Shown here: piece after piece, positions 1 through 6,675 of the stretch | Position numbering within the stretch: position 1 is the first letter of the stretch | Layout: each line of letters begins with the position of its first letter | Virus record (IMG/VR): IMGVR_UViG_2529292833_000014 | Direction: 5' to 3' (one strand) | DNA from: a virus | Lineage: Duplodnaviria > Heunggongvirae > Uroviricota > Caudoviricetes | DNA: 10,899 bases | Program-made: the position numbers and the translations under genes | Notes under the pieces: generated by a model | The model's database searches: none | The model's input: the letters and a program-made list of their open reading frames with translations, nothing else | What the model was told of the DNA's origin: nothing

Positions 1-1230
1 ATGAGCAGAGCACTTAACAAACTGAGCGATACACAGCTAAGAAAAATCAACGGCACACCAGCCCCAAAAACCACATTTCTTAATGACGGTGGAAACCTGA
101 GCGTCAGGCATTCCACCAGCGGCTTGTTAACCTGGTATTTCACCTACAGGGCAGGAGCTGGACGCCAGGTATCACCGGAACGCCTGAAGCTGGGAAATTA
201 TCCTGATCTGAGCCTGAAAGCAGCCAGGGAAAAAGCGGCACAGTGTCGCGCATGGCTGGCAGAAGGAAAAAATCCACGCCATGAGCTTAATTACTCCATA
301 CAGGAAGCACTAAAGCCGGTAACGGTGGGTGATGCGATCAGCTACTGGCTGGAAATGCACGTAAAGGAAAACCGTGTCGATTACGTATGCCTGAAAAGCC
401 GCCTGAATAATCACGTCATACAGCATATTGGCAATATGCCACTGGATAAATGCGAGTTACGTCACTGGCTGGCCTGTTTTGACCGGATACGCAAAAAATC
501 CCCTGTAACGTCTGGTCACATGATGCAGGCGTGTAAACAGGCGCTTAAGTTCTGCCGTAAACGTCGCTACGCAGTCAGTAACGTTCTGGATGATCTTAAC
601 GTGGTGGACGTTGGCAAAAAACCAGGCATAAGCGAACGCGTGCTGAGCAACAAAGAACTTGGCGAATTATTACAGGCGCTGGATAAAAAAATATTCCCGC
701 CCTACTACAGCGCACTAATCCGCCTCCTGATTGTGTTCGGCTGCCGAACCGGAGAACTGAGATTATCGGAGATCAGGGAGGGGGATTTTAAGGAAATGCT
801 CTGGACAGTACCGAAAGAGCACAGCAAAACGAAGGTCGCCATATTCAGGCCAATACCGGAAAGCATTTTACCGTTCGTCACGCAGCTGGTGGAGCAGAAC
901 AGACACACAGGGCTATTACTCGGGGAACTGAAACAGGAAGCCAGTGTGTCGCAATACGGCAGATTCATGCACAAAAAATTAAACCATCCGCACTGGTCAC
1001 TACACGATATACGGCGCACGTTTACCACGATGCTGAACGATTTAGGCGTGGATCCGCATATTGTCGAACAACTCACCGCTCACCAGATGCCAGGGATGCA
1101 GCGAGTCTATAACCACTCCCGTTATCTCGATGCGAAACGTAATGCGCTGGACATGTGGACAGAGCGGTTAGAGATACTGGCGGGTACTCACAAAAACGTA
1201 ACCACACTGCCAATAGCCAGAGAAATATAA
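1..1230 (+). CDS. int: Tyrosine recombinase / phage-type integrase (P4-like Int family), 409 aa
   Basis: Full-length ORF. C-terminal region has the HxxR box (HDIRRTF) and a downstream tyrosine (RVYNHSRY) typical of tyrosine recombinases; N-terminus resembles the P4/CP4-57 integrase arm-binding region. The ATG is at window position 1, so upstream signals cannot be assessed. Confidence 0.9.
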   Translation: MSRALNKLSDTQLRKINGTPAPKTTFLNDGGNLSVRHSTSGLLTWYFTYRAGAGRQVSPERLKLGNYPDLSLKAAREKAAQCRAWLAEGKNPRHELNYSIQEALKPVTVGDAISYWLEMHVKENRVDYVCLKSRLNNHVIQHIGNMPLDKCELRHWLACFDRIRKKSPVTSGHMMQACKQALKFCRKRRYAVSNVLDDLNVVDVGKKPGISERVLSNKELGELLQALDKKIFPPYYSALIRLLIVFGCRTGELRLSEIREGDFKEMLWTVPKEHSKTKVAIFRPIPESILPFVTQLVEQNRHTGLLLGELKQEASVSQYGRFMHKKLNHPHWSLHDIRRTFTTMLNDLGVDPHIVEQLTAHQMPGMQRVYNHSRYLDAKRNALDMWTERLEILAGTHKNVTTLPIAREI

Positions 1231-1250
1231 TTTTTTTTGCGATTTTTTAG

Positions 1251-1310
1251 AACTGACACAACGTGAAACAACGAGACACCACGACGAACAACGGCGAACA
1301 ATCTGGAACA
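1251..1310. repeat. Helically phased direct repeat array, five to six 10-bp units (consensus ACGnnGAACA)
   Basis: Seen directly: units ACGTGAAACA, ACGAGACACC, ACGACGAACA, ACGGCGAACA, ATCTGGAACA begin at 1261, 1271, 1281, 1291, 1301 with exact 10-bp period, 20-80 bp after the int stop. Confidence 0.5.
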
Positions 1311-1597
1311 AACTTGATTAACATCTGACTGACACCCTAAAAAGTTGATTTTCAGTCGTTTTACTGGCTTTTTGTACATTGGCGAATCACTCTTAAAAAC
1401 ATGTAAAAAAGGCGTAAAAACAGAATTTTATGCCTTTGCACCACAATGAATTAAAAGAGTTTTTATTCTCATTACCACACTTCTGTAAAATGACCGCCGC
1501 CAGTGTTTGCCATTCCATAAACACCCTGACACAATCCGACGCACCACAACACAATAGGACACCAAATAACTCTTTAAGAAATATCAAAGGGGGAATT

Positions 1598-1786
1598 GTG
1601 TTAAGCACAGATCGCTTTATACGTGAAAAAGAATGTCAGCAACTTACAGGCCTGAGCCGTTCATGTCGGTACCGCCTGGAAAAAACCGGACAATTCCCAT
1701 CACGGCGTAAGCTCGGCGGTCGTTCCGTTGGCTGGTCTTTATCCGAAGTTCTGGCATGGAAGGAAAGCTGCGAGGCAGTTCACTAA
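1598..1786 (+). CDS. alpA: AlpA-family (MerR-like HTH, excisionase/activator type) regulator, about 62 aa from a GTG start
   Basis: Motif QQLTGLSRSCRYRLEKTGQFPSRRKLGGRSVGWSLSEVLAWKES matches the AlpA/Xis-type HTH pattern (LGGR.VGW). GTG at 1598 follows AAAGGGGGA by 4 nt; the ORF is open back to 1430, but that N-terminal extension lacks an RBS and looks non-coding. Confidence 0.7.
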   Translation: MLSTDRFIREKECQQLTGLSRSCRYRLEKTGQFPSRRKLGGRSVGWSLSEVLAWKESCEAVH

Positions 1787-1838
1787 TCAGGCTGGCGGCA
1801 CACAGCCGCCACCCATCCACTAATACAGAGATCTAACC

Positions 1839-2216
1839 ATGAATACTGGATATTCTCCCGAACAAGGGCGGGGCTTCGTTCGTCCTGAAAAACAGAATCT
1901 GCAAAATTTTGCCGAAATTATTCCGGTTATTTCCGGCCTTACTGGCGGGAGTGAAACCAATATTGTTAACGCCAGAGCGTTGCAGATGTTTGATGATAAA
2001 AAGGGAGTAAATTTAACTTACACCCCTGACGGCAATCAGAATATGAGCATTATCTCTGAGTCAGGTTTCTACAAACTAATAAAAACAAAAAGCGCCCCGT
2101 TGCCGGAGCGCCTTTGTGAACAATTAACCTACTGCGCAAAAAATGAATCTGAGCAGTGGGATTATATCAACCGTGTGGCGAAGCGCCACAATTGCCGGAT
2201 AACAGGCAAAACAAAG
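1839..2216 (+). pseudogene. Bro-N-like (phage antirepressor N-terminal domain) gene remnant; only the N-terminal ~125 codons look protein-like
   Basis: Translation DDKKGVNLTYTPDGNQNMSIISESGFYKLIKTKSAPLPERL resembles the Bro-N core (EKGV.LT...GG.Q.MSIINESGLYSLI..S..PEA). The same frame then runs on to 3251 as Ser/Arg-rich low-complexity sequence, antisense to better ORFs and across a promoter region. End coordinate is approximate. Confidence 0.3.
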
Positions 2217-2314
2217 GCCACCCGCTACGGTGGCCCCTCGACACAAGCTACACGTTATCCCCAACGCATGAGCATCACCAACAATGCCACATTTGCGGCT
2301 GGTGGGCAATGTGA

Positions 2315-2503
2315 TCAGTCAGATTTGGTTCGTTCCAAGGTTTGCAACGAGAGCTTTTTCCTGTGCTCTTTAAGGAATTTCTCAAGAGCAAAAGCACATG
2401 GCGCGAATCTTTCTGATTCATGCTCTATCTTTCTGCGCCGTCTTTTCCGTGCCGGTGATAATGTTTTGGTCAATTCTTTATCGGTCATTGTGTTGTCCTG
2501 CAT
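2315..2503 (-). CDS. Hypothetical small basic protein (62 aa)
   Basis: ORF on the minus strand directly downstream of the 2546..2851 gene and co-oriented with it; Lys/Arg-rich (ARKRRRRKIEHE). No recognisable domain. Weak support. Confidence 0.3.
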   Translation of the reverse strand: MQDNTMTDKELTKTLSPARKRRRRKIEHESERFAPCAFALEKFLKEHRKKLSLQTLERTKSD

Positions 2504-2545
2504 AGCAATGCGCCGTAATACCTTACACCACGGCGCTGGTGATGG

Positions 2546-2851
2546 TCACTCCTGCTCTTTGGCCTTGCGACGCTGGAGTTCTTCACGCGCGACGGTGATG
2601 AGTTGCCCGATCTCCTCGGCTGCTTTGACTCCGATTTTTTCCACCTGCGCCAGTGCATCGAGCGAAGAAACCAGGGGATTTTCTCCGCTTCCTTCTGCCT
2701 GGCGGCGGGCGATCTCACCGCGAACGGCTGTAATCACGAAAGCGGCTATTGTTTCCCCTTCCGTTTTCGAATTTTCCATTTCCTCGATTACATCATGGGG
2801 GAAGCGGATATTTTTCATTTGCGATCTGCTGTTGATATTTCCTGTTGCCAT
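2546..2851 (-). CDS. Putative small DNA-binding regulator (101 aa), possibly ribbon-helix-helix type
   Basis: Protein-like composition, in contrast to the Ser-rich opposite-strand frame. The N-terminal segment KNIRFPHDVIEEME followed by helical stretches is compatible with an RHH fold (inference). Transcribed divergently from the operator-bearing promoter region. Confidence 0.5.
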   Translation of the reverse strand: MATGNINSRSQMKNIRFPHDVIEEMENSKTEGETIAAFVITAVRGEIARRQAEGSGENPLVSSLDALAQVEKIGVKAAEEIGQLITVAREELQRRKAKEQE

Positions 2852-2872
2852 CAGAATGTCCGGTTATTTTGA

Positions 2873-2975
2873 GGTGTGCATACATTACACCAAAAGGTGT
2901 GTAAATAAAACACTTGACACTGTAGCGCACTTAAATTTAATCTGTACACACACCAATGATTGTGGTGTATGTACA
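2873..2975. promoter_or_regulatory. Divergent regulatory region: sigma70-like promoter (TTGACA 2914..2919, N16, TTTAAT 2936..2941) with repeated operator-like motif GGTGTRYRTACA
   Basis: Seen directly: GGTGTGCATACA (2873..2884), GGTGTGTAAATA (2896..2907), and an inverted pair TGTACACACACC (2943..2954) / GGTGTATGTACA (2964..2975) with a 9-bp spacer, immediately downstream of the -10 element. Confidence 0.5.
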
Positions 2976-3047
2976 GCAAAGCCCCGCAGTGCTGGAACAC
3001 ATGCAGGGCTTCTAACCACCAACGATAGCGAAAGTATCGAGGTAGCT

Positions 3048-3251
3048 ATGAGAAATTATACCAGACACCCGCAAGGGCGGGACTCGTACAACCTGAATAA
3101 ATACATCTGGCGTTTTATCGCCCTGAGCACGGCACAACCGCGCGTGATTACCATTGAGGCCACCAGCGAACAGGAAGCGCGTCAGCAATCTCCTGATGGC
3201 TGCGTGATGGTATTCGCTGCCCGTATTCGCCAGGGGGAACACCATGATTAA
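3048..3251 (+). CDS. Small protein (67 aa), Icd-like (host cell division inhibitor-like) family candidate
   Basis: ATG at 3048 preceded by GAGGT; motifs YIWRF and VMVFAARIRQGE resemble small prophage/satellite proteins annotated as Icd-like (from memory, moderate certainty). It is the C-terminal part of the long 1839..3251 reading frame. Confidence 0.5.
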   Translation: MRNYTRHPQGRDSYNLNKYIWRFIALSTAQPRVITIEATSEQEARQQSPDGCVMVFAARIRQGEHHD

Positions 3252-3453
3252 CCTGTCACTTACTGACCTTAACCGCGTTCAGTTTCGTGAGAAATTTACC
3301 GGGCAGCTACTGGTCAATGTGGATAAAGGTCGCGTGGTGTGTAATTACCACCTGCCAGATGAAGCCATTGTCGCAACAAGGGAATCATTACAGGAACTCG
3401 CAGAACGTGCCGGAATGATTAACGCGAATATTCAGGGGGTGAGCCATGCATAA
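3244..3453 (+). CDS. Hypothetical small protein (69 aa), paralog 1 of a tandem pair
   Basis: RBS GGGGG 6 nt upstream; start overlaps the previous stop by 8 nt; shares a (V/Y).(V/L)(D/E)KGRV.C core with the next gene. Confidence 0.6.
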   Translation: MINLSLTDLNRVQFREKFTGQLLVNVDKGRVVCNYHLPDEAIVATRESLQELAERAGMINANIQGVSHA

Positions 3454-3658
3454 TCATGAAACGCACTTACCTGTAGTGCTGAATGTGCCATCAGATTATA
3501 CGGGGCGCGTACTGGTGTATCTGGAAAAAGGCCGGGTTAAATGTCAGTGCCGTTTAATGGAAAACGAATTTATTAGCACTCTTGCGGGATTTTCTGAAAT
3601 GCTCACTAAATCGGGTGTTAGTGCAGACCAGTTACGCGGGGGCGATTATGCGAAATAA
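3446..3658 (+). CDS. Hypothetical small protein (70 aa), paralog 2 of a tandem pair
   Basis: RBS GGGGGTGAG upstream; overlaps the stop of paralog 1; about 30 percent identity to paralog 1 by eye (TG..LV...KGRV.C...L.E). Confidence 0.6.
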   Translation: MHNHETHLPVVLNVPSDYTGRVLVYLEKGRVKCQCRLMENEFISTLAGFSEMLTKSGVSADQLRGGDYAK

Positions 3659-3866
3659 ACATGATATTGAAGACCTGGCATTTGAAGCCCTGCACTCTGC
3701 GAAAAAAATCAGGGAAGTCGTCAATATGTGGATGAACAGCCTTAGCACCGATGAATCCGATAGCAGAGAGGAAATTCTTATTTCTTTGTTGTTAGACCTG
3801 GCAAATACACAGGTTTCTCTGACATCTGATATTGAACTCGCCGCTAAAAATCTGCCTCTGGAGTAA
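3648..3866 (+). CDS. Hypothetical small acidic protein (about 72 aa)
   Basis: ATG at 3648 in the 3582..3866 frame, overlapping the previous stop by 11 nt, G-rich RBS upstream. No recognisable domain. Confidence 0.45.
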   Translation: MRNKHDIEDLAFEALHSAKKIREVVNMWMNSLSTDESDSREEILISLLLDLANTQVSLTSDIELAAKNLPLE

Positions 3867-3872
3867 AAAAAC

Positions 3873-4172
3873 ATGAAACAGAAAAATTCTGGCTTTACTG
3901 CCAGTGGTCTCCCTCGGCCTGAAATCCGCCCCGGCGATATTTTCCGGGATAACTACGGTGGCACGGTAACGATTAAAAGCGTGGCGGGGCGGGGCGTTAC
4001 TTACCGCCGTGATGGGTACGGCTATGACTGCGTGATGCCTGCTTATCAGTTCCGGCGTGATTTTTCACTGATACAGGCCACACCACGCAAACAGCCCACC
4101 AGCAACGCAAAGGCACGGGCAAATATTCAGAAAATGAAAAACATGATTAACGCATTCAGGGGCAAAAAATGA
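3873..4172 (+). CDS. Hypothetical protein (99 aa)
   Basis: RBS GGAG about 8 nt upstream; stop overlaps the start of the replication gene (ATGA). No recognisable domain. Confidence 0.6.
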   Translation: MKQKNSGFTASGLPRPEIRPGDIFRDNYGGTVTIKSVAGRGVTYRRDGYGYDCVMPAYQFRRDFSLIQATPRKQPTSNAKARANIQKMKNMINAFRGKK

Positions 4173-5584
4173 AACTGGCACCGAACTTAAAAAAACAGCC
4201 ACACGACAAAATGACCGAAGTCATTATTTTTGCGGGTAGTGATGCCTGGGCGCACGCGAAACAGTGGCAGGAACAGGACGGGCGACTTGCTGGTGATAAC
4301 GTCCCGCCTGTATGGCTGGGAGACAGCCAGCTTGACGAACTGGCAGACCTGAAAATTATCGACGATGGTCGCTATTGTGTCCGGCTGTACAAGGCAGGCC
4401 ACATCAAGCCGTCAAATATTAATGCTATCGGGCAAAAGCTGGCGGCGGCAGGTGTACGGGATGCGAATTATTACCCTGATGGAATGCACAGCCAGAAGCT
4501 GGAGAACTGGCACGACTACCTGCAACGGATCCGCGAACAGGCAGAGCGCGGGGAAATACTTACTGACGAGCAATACAGCCAGCGAAAAACCACGCTACCA
4601 ATGAGCATTGGATCTGCAGGGTACGACACACAGCTTGATTATGTCGTTAAGGGCGTGATTCCGGCTAATTCATTGTGCAGCACATACGGCGCGAGCGGTT
4701 CCTATAAATCGTTCCTCGCGTGTTCCTGGGCGTGTCATGTTGCCACTGGCCGTCACTGGGGAGGCCGCAGGGTGGCGCATGGTTCGGTGATGTATGTTGT
4801 CGGTGAAGGTGGCATTGGTGCCCCCCGCCGTATCAAGGCATGGGAAATCGTTAATGATGAACGGGTGGAAAATCTGTACCTGGTAAACCGCCCGATTTTT
4901 CCGGCAGTCCCGCTTGATGTTGATGAAATGGTCATCGCTTCCCGCCAGGTTGAACGGGAAACGGGTAAACCGGTACGCATGATTATTCTTGATACGCTGG
5001 CGCGTTGCTTTGGCGGTAATGATGAAAATGACGCGCGGGATATGGGGGCGTTTATCCGTGGATGTGACGAACTGAAACGCCGCACAGGGGCCACGGTGCT
5101 GGTGGTTCACCATTCCGGCAAGGATGAAACAAAGGGGGCGCGTGGTTCCAGTGCATTTCGTGCATCTCTGGACGCTGAATACCGTATTCGCCGTGAAGGT
5201 GCAGACAGTGAAGCCCTGGTTATCTCCTGCACAAAAATGAAGGACGCGGAGGAACTGAAAGAGGCCGCATACGATTTACGTGTGGGGGAGCTTTTTACCG
5301 ACACTGACGGGGAGTTAATCACGTCGCTGGTTGTTGTGGATAAGCCGCGCCCACCCGTTGAACTGGAGCGCATCGAGGAAGCCGGGAACAAGACGGAGAA
5401 TCATGCCGCGCTATGGGGCTGTATCCGTTCACGCACACAGCGCGGAGATAAATGCACTATTCCGTTGTTGCGCGATGATATGAAAAAGCTGGGGTATGAG
5501 ATGAAACACTTCCGGCGCTGGCTGTACAAGCTGGAAGGTGATGGCGTTATTGCTATTGACGGTGATGACGTGCGCCCACTGTAA
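4169..5584 (+). CDS. Replication initiator / RepA-like (AAA_25, RecA-fold) ATPase with a probable C-terminal DNA-binding domain, 471 aa
   Basis: P-loop-like YGASGSYKSFLA, Walker-B-like hydrophobic stretch ending in D (MIILDTLARCFGG), and VLVVHHSGKD typical of RepA/DnaB-like AAA_25 proteins; followed immediately by an iteron cluster. Translationally coupled to the upstream gene. Confidence 0.8.
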   Translation: MKLAPNLKKQPHDKMTEVIIFAGSDAWAHAKQWQEQDGRLAGDNVPPVWLGDSQLDELADLKIIDDGRYCVRLYKAGHIKPSNINAIGQKLAAAGVRDANYYPDGMHSQKLENWHDYLQRIREQAERGEILTDEQYSQRKTTLPMSIGSAGYDTQLDYVVKGVIPANSLCSTYGASGSYKSFLACSWACHVATGRHWGGRRVAHGSVMYVVGEGGIGAPRRIKAWEIVNDERVENLYLVNRPIFPAVPLDVDEMVIASRQVERETGKPVRMIILDTLARCFGGNDENDARDMGAFIRGCDELKRRTGATVLVVHHSGKDETKGARGSSAFRASLDAEYRIRREGADSEALVISCTKMKDAEELKEAAYDLRVGELFTDTDGELITSLVVVDKPRPPVELERIEEAGNKTENHAALWGCIRSRTQRGDKCTIPLLRDDMKKLGYEMKHFRRWLYKLEGDGVIAIDGDDVRPL

Positions 5585-5776
5585 AAAGTGGGTAGTAAAA
5601 GTGGGGAGTGTGGGGAATTTAACAAAATTGAAACGTGATTCCCCACTTTCCCACCTGTATATACCCCAAAAAGTGGGGAATAAAAAACACATTGAAAAAC
5701 ATCACGTTAGAATCACAAAAAAAAGAAGTGGGGAGACGTTGGGTAATTTCAAAAAGTGGGTAGTAAAAGTGGGGAG
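5583..5776. repeat. Iteron-type origin of replication: two identical 26-bp direct repeats flanking further AAGTGGGGA(G) copies and an AT-rich spacer
   Basis: Seen directly: AAAAAGTGGGTAGTAAAAGTGGGGAG at 5583..5608 and 5751..5776 (identical); extra copies at 5609..5617, 5671..5680, 5726..5735 and one inverted at 5639..5648; AT-rich stretch 5680..5725. Confidence 0.65.
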
Positions 5777-5785
5777 CAGTGAGGA

Positions 5786-6037
5786 ATGACCAGAAAAACC
5801 AGAGATAAGACAGCGCCAAAATATAAAGCGTTAGACATGACAGAGCACGCCTTAAAGGTGGCAATCAGAACGATAGACCGCCACGCTGGGGAAGGATACG
5901 CGAAAGCACACCCCGAACTGATAAGCGCATTCATGACCACGACGGCGGCAAACTTTGCCACGCTGACAGAACGGGAGATTGCCGAAGCGGAACAGGTGAC
6001 AACCATCAACGTTAAAACTGGAGAGCAGACAGCATGA
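5786..6037 (+). CDS. Hypothetical protein (83 aa)
   Basis: GGGGAG 9 nt upstream of the ATG; stop overlaps the ssb start (ATGA). No recognisable domain. Confidence 0.5.
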   Translation: MTRKTRDKTAPKYKALDMTEHALKVAIRTIDRHAGEGYAKAHPELISAFMTTTAANFATLTEREIAEAEQVTTINVKTGEQTA

Positions 6038-6399
6038 CAGCACAGATAGCGGCTTACGGGCGGCTGGTGGCTGACCCGCAGTTAAAGACCACCAGCAAGG
6101 GTACACAAATGACGATGGCTAGTATGGCGGTCCCCCTTCCGTGCAGCCAGGCAGATGACGGAACGGCGACGATGTGGTTATCCGTCCTGGCGTTTGGCAG
6201 ACAGGCCGACGCACTGGCAAAACACCACAAAGGCGAACTGGTGAGCGTGGCGGGTAACATGCAGGTAAGGCAGTGGACAGGCCAGAACGGCGAAACGCGG
6301 CAGGGCTGGCAGGTTATCGCAGACAGTGTAATCAGTGCCAGAACGGCGCGACCGGGCGGCAAAAAAAAGGTCAACAGGACCAGGCTACTGACGCACTGA
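6034..6399 (+). CDS. ssb: Single-stranded DNA-binding protein (OB-fold core), 121 aa in the zero frame; the canonical acidic tail is encoded in the -1 frame
   Basis: WLSVLAFGRQADALAKHHKGELVSVAGNMQVRQWTGQNGETRQGWQV aligns with the E. coli SSB core (WHRVVLFGKLAEVA...GQLRTRKWTDQSGQDR). The zero frame ends ...GGKKKVNRTRLLTH without a tail. Confidence 0.75.
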   Translation: MTAQIAAYGRLVADPQLKTTSKGTQMTMASMAVPLPCSQADDGTATMWLSVLAFGRQADALAKHHKGELVSVAGNMQVRQWTGQNGETRQGWQVIADSVISARTARPGGKKKVNRTRLLTH

Positions 6400-6458
6400 A
6401 CAGGGCAAAACAACAGTCGGGGAATGATGATCCGTACGGCGATAATATACCGTTTTAA
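6363..6458 (+). other. -1 frame segment encoding the SSB linker and acidic tail (...QQSGNDDPYGDNIPF), reached from the ssb frame at the A8 run / A_AAA_AAG heptamer (6363..6369)
   Basis: Seen directly by translating the -1 frame from the A run 6361..6368. The tail tip DNIPF matches the conserved SSB C-terminus (DDDIPF in E. coli SSB). Confidence 0.6.
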
Positions 6459-6475
6459 ATTCTGCAAATAAAAAA

Positions 6476-6504
6476 ATGCCGGAAGAAAATAGATTTTCCG
6501 GCAT
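6476..6504 (-). terminator. Intrinsic-terminator-like hairpin oriented for leftward transcription
   Basis: Perfect 9-bp stem ATGCCGGAA (6476..6484) / TTCCGGCAT (6496..6504) with an 11-nt loop. The A7 run at 6470..6476 becomes the U tract only on the minus strand; there is no T run after the hairpin on the plus strand. Confidence 0.4.
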
Positions 6505-6675
6505 GCTACATAAATCCCGACCAAAGGAAGTAAATACATTAACACGAATTATCAGCACTGAAGTTGTCACGGCAGATTTTATACAACATTGCACTTGGTT
6601 GCATGTATTCGCATAGCAAATATCGGTGATAGCATATATCCACAATTATTTTTAATGAATGCAAAGAGGATGCGT

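Noticed and set aside
1231-1250. T8 run after the int stop as a terminator
   Set aside because: No preceding stable hairpin.
1839-3251. 470-aa ORF as one functional protein
   Set aside because: Beyond about codon 125 the translation is Ser/Arg-rich low complexity, is antisense to two better-composed ORFs, and crosses a promoter/operator region; only the ends (Bro-N-like remnant and the 3048..3251 small gene) look coding.
4670-5391. Minus-strand ORFs (147, 113 and 94 aa) inside the replication gene
   Set aside because: Antisense to a well-supported CDS, with Ser/Arg/Thr-rich composition typical of non-coding frames.
5538-5864. ORFs translating KKWVVKVGS twice, and any CRISPR interpretation of the repeats
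   Set aside because: The repeated peptide is just the 26-bp iteron read in frame. Repeats are 9-26 bp with irregular spacing and a mixed orientation, not a CRISPR repeat-spacer array; no cas genes are present.
6054-6545. 163-aa hydrophobic minus-strand ORF
   Set aside because: Antisense to ssb and runs through the terminator hairpin; Leu/Cys/Pro-rich junk composition.
6565-6588. P2 Ogr / P4 Delta activator site (TGT-N12-ACA) upstream of the capsid gene
   Set aside because: The only TGT...ACA pairs have 15 or 18 bp spacing, not 12, and the element encodes no Ogr/Delta-like zinc-finger protein.
6636-6644. DnaA box-like 9-mer ATATCCACA
   Set aside because: Single 8/9 match well away from the iteron origin; most likely chance.
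6670-6672. Alternative capsid gene start at ATG 6670 or at the ORF opening 6589
   Set aside because: GAGG abuts ATG 6670 with no spacer, whereas ATG 6676 has ideal 6-nt spacing and aligns with the lambda gpE N-terminus; the region upstream of 6670 looks like promoter DNA.
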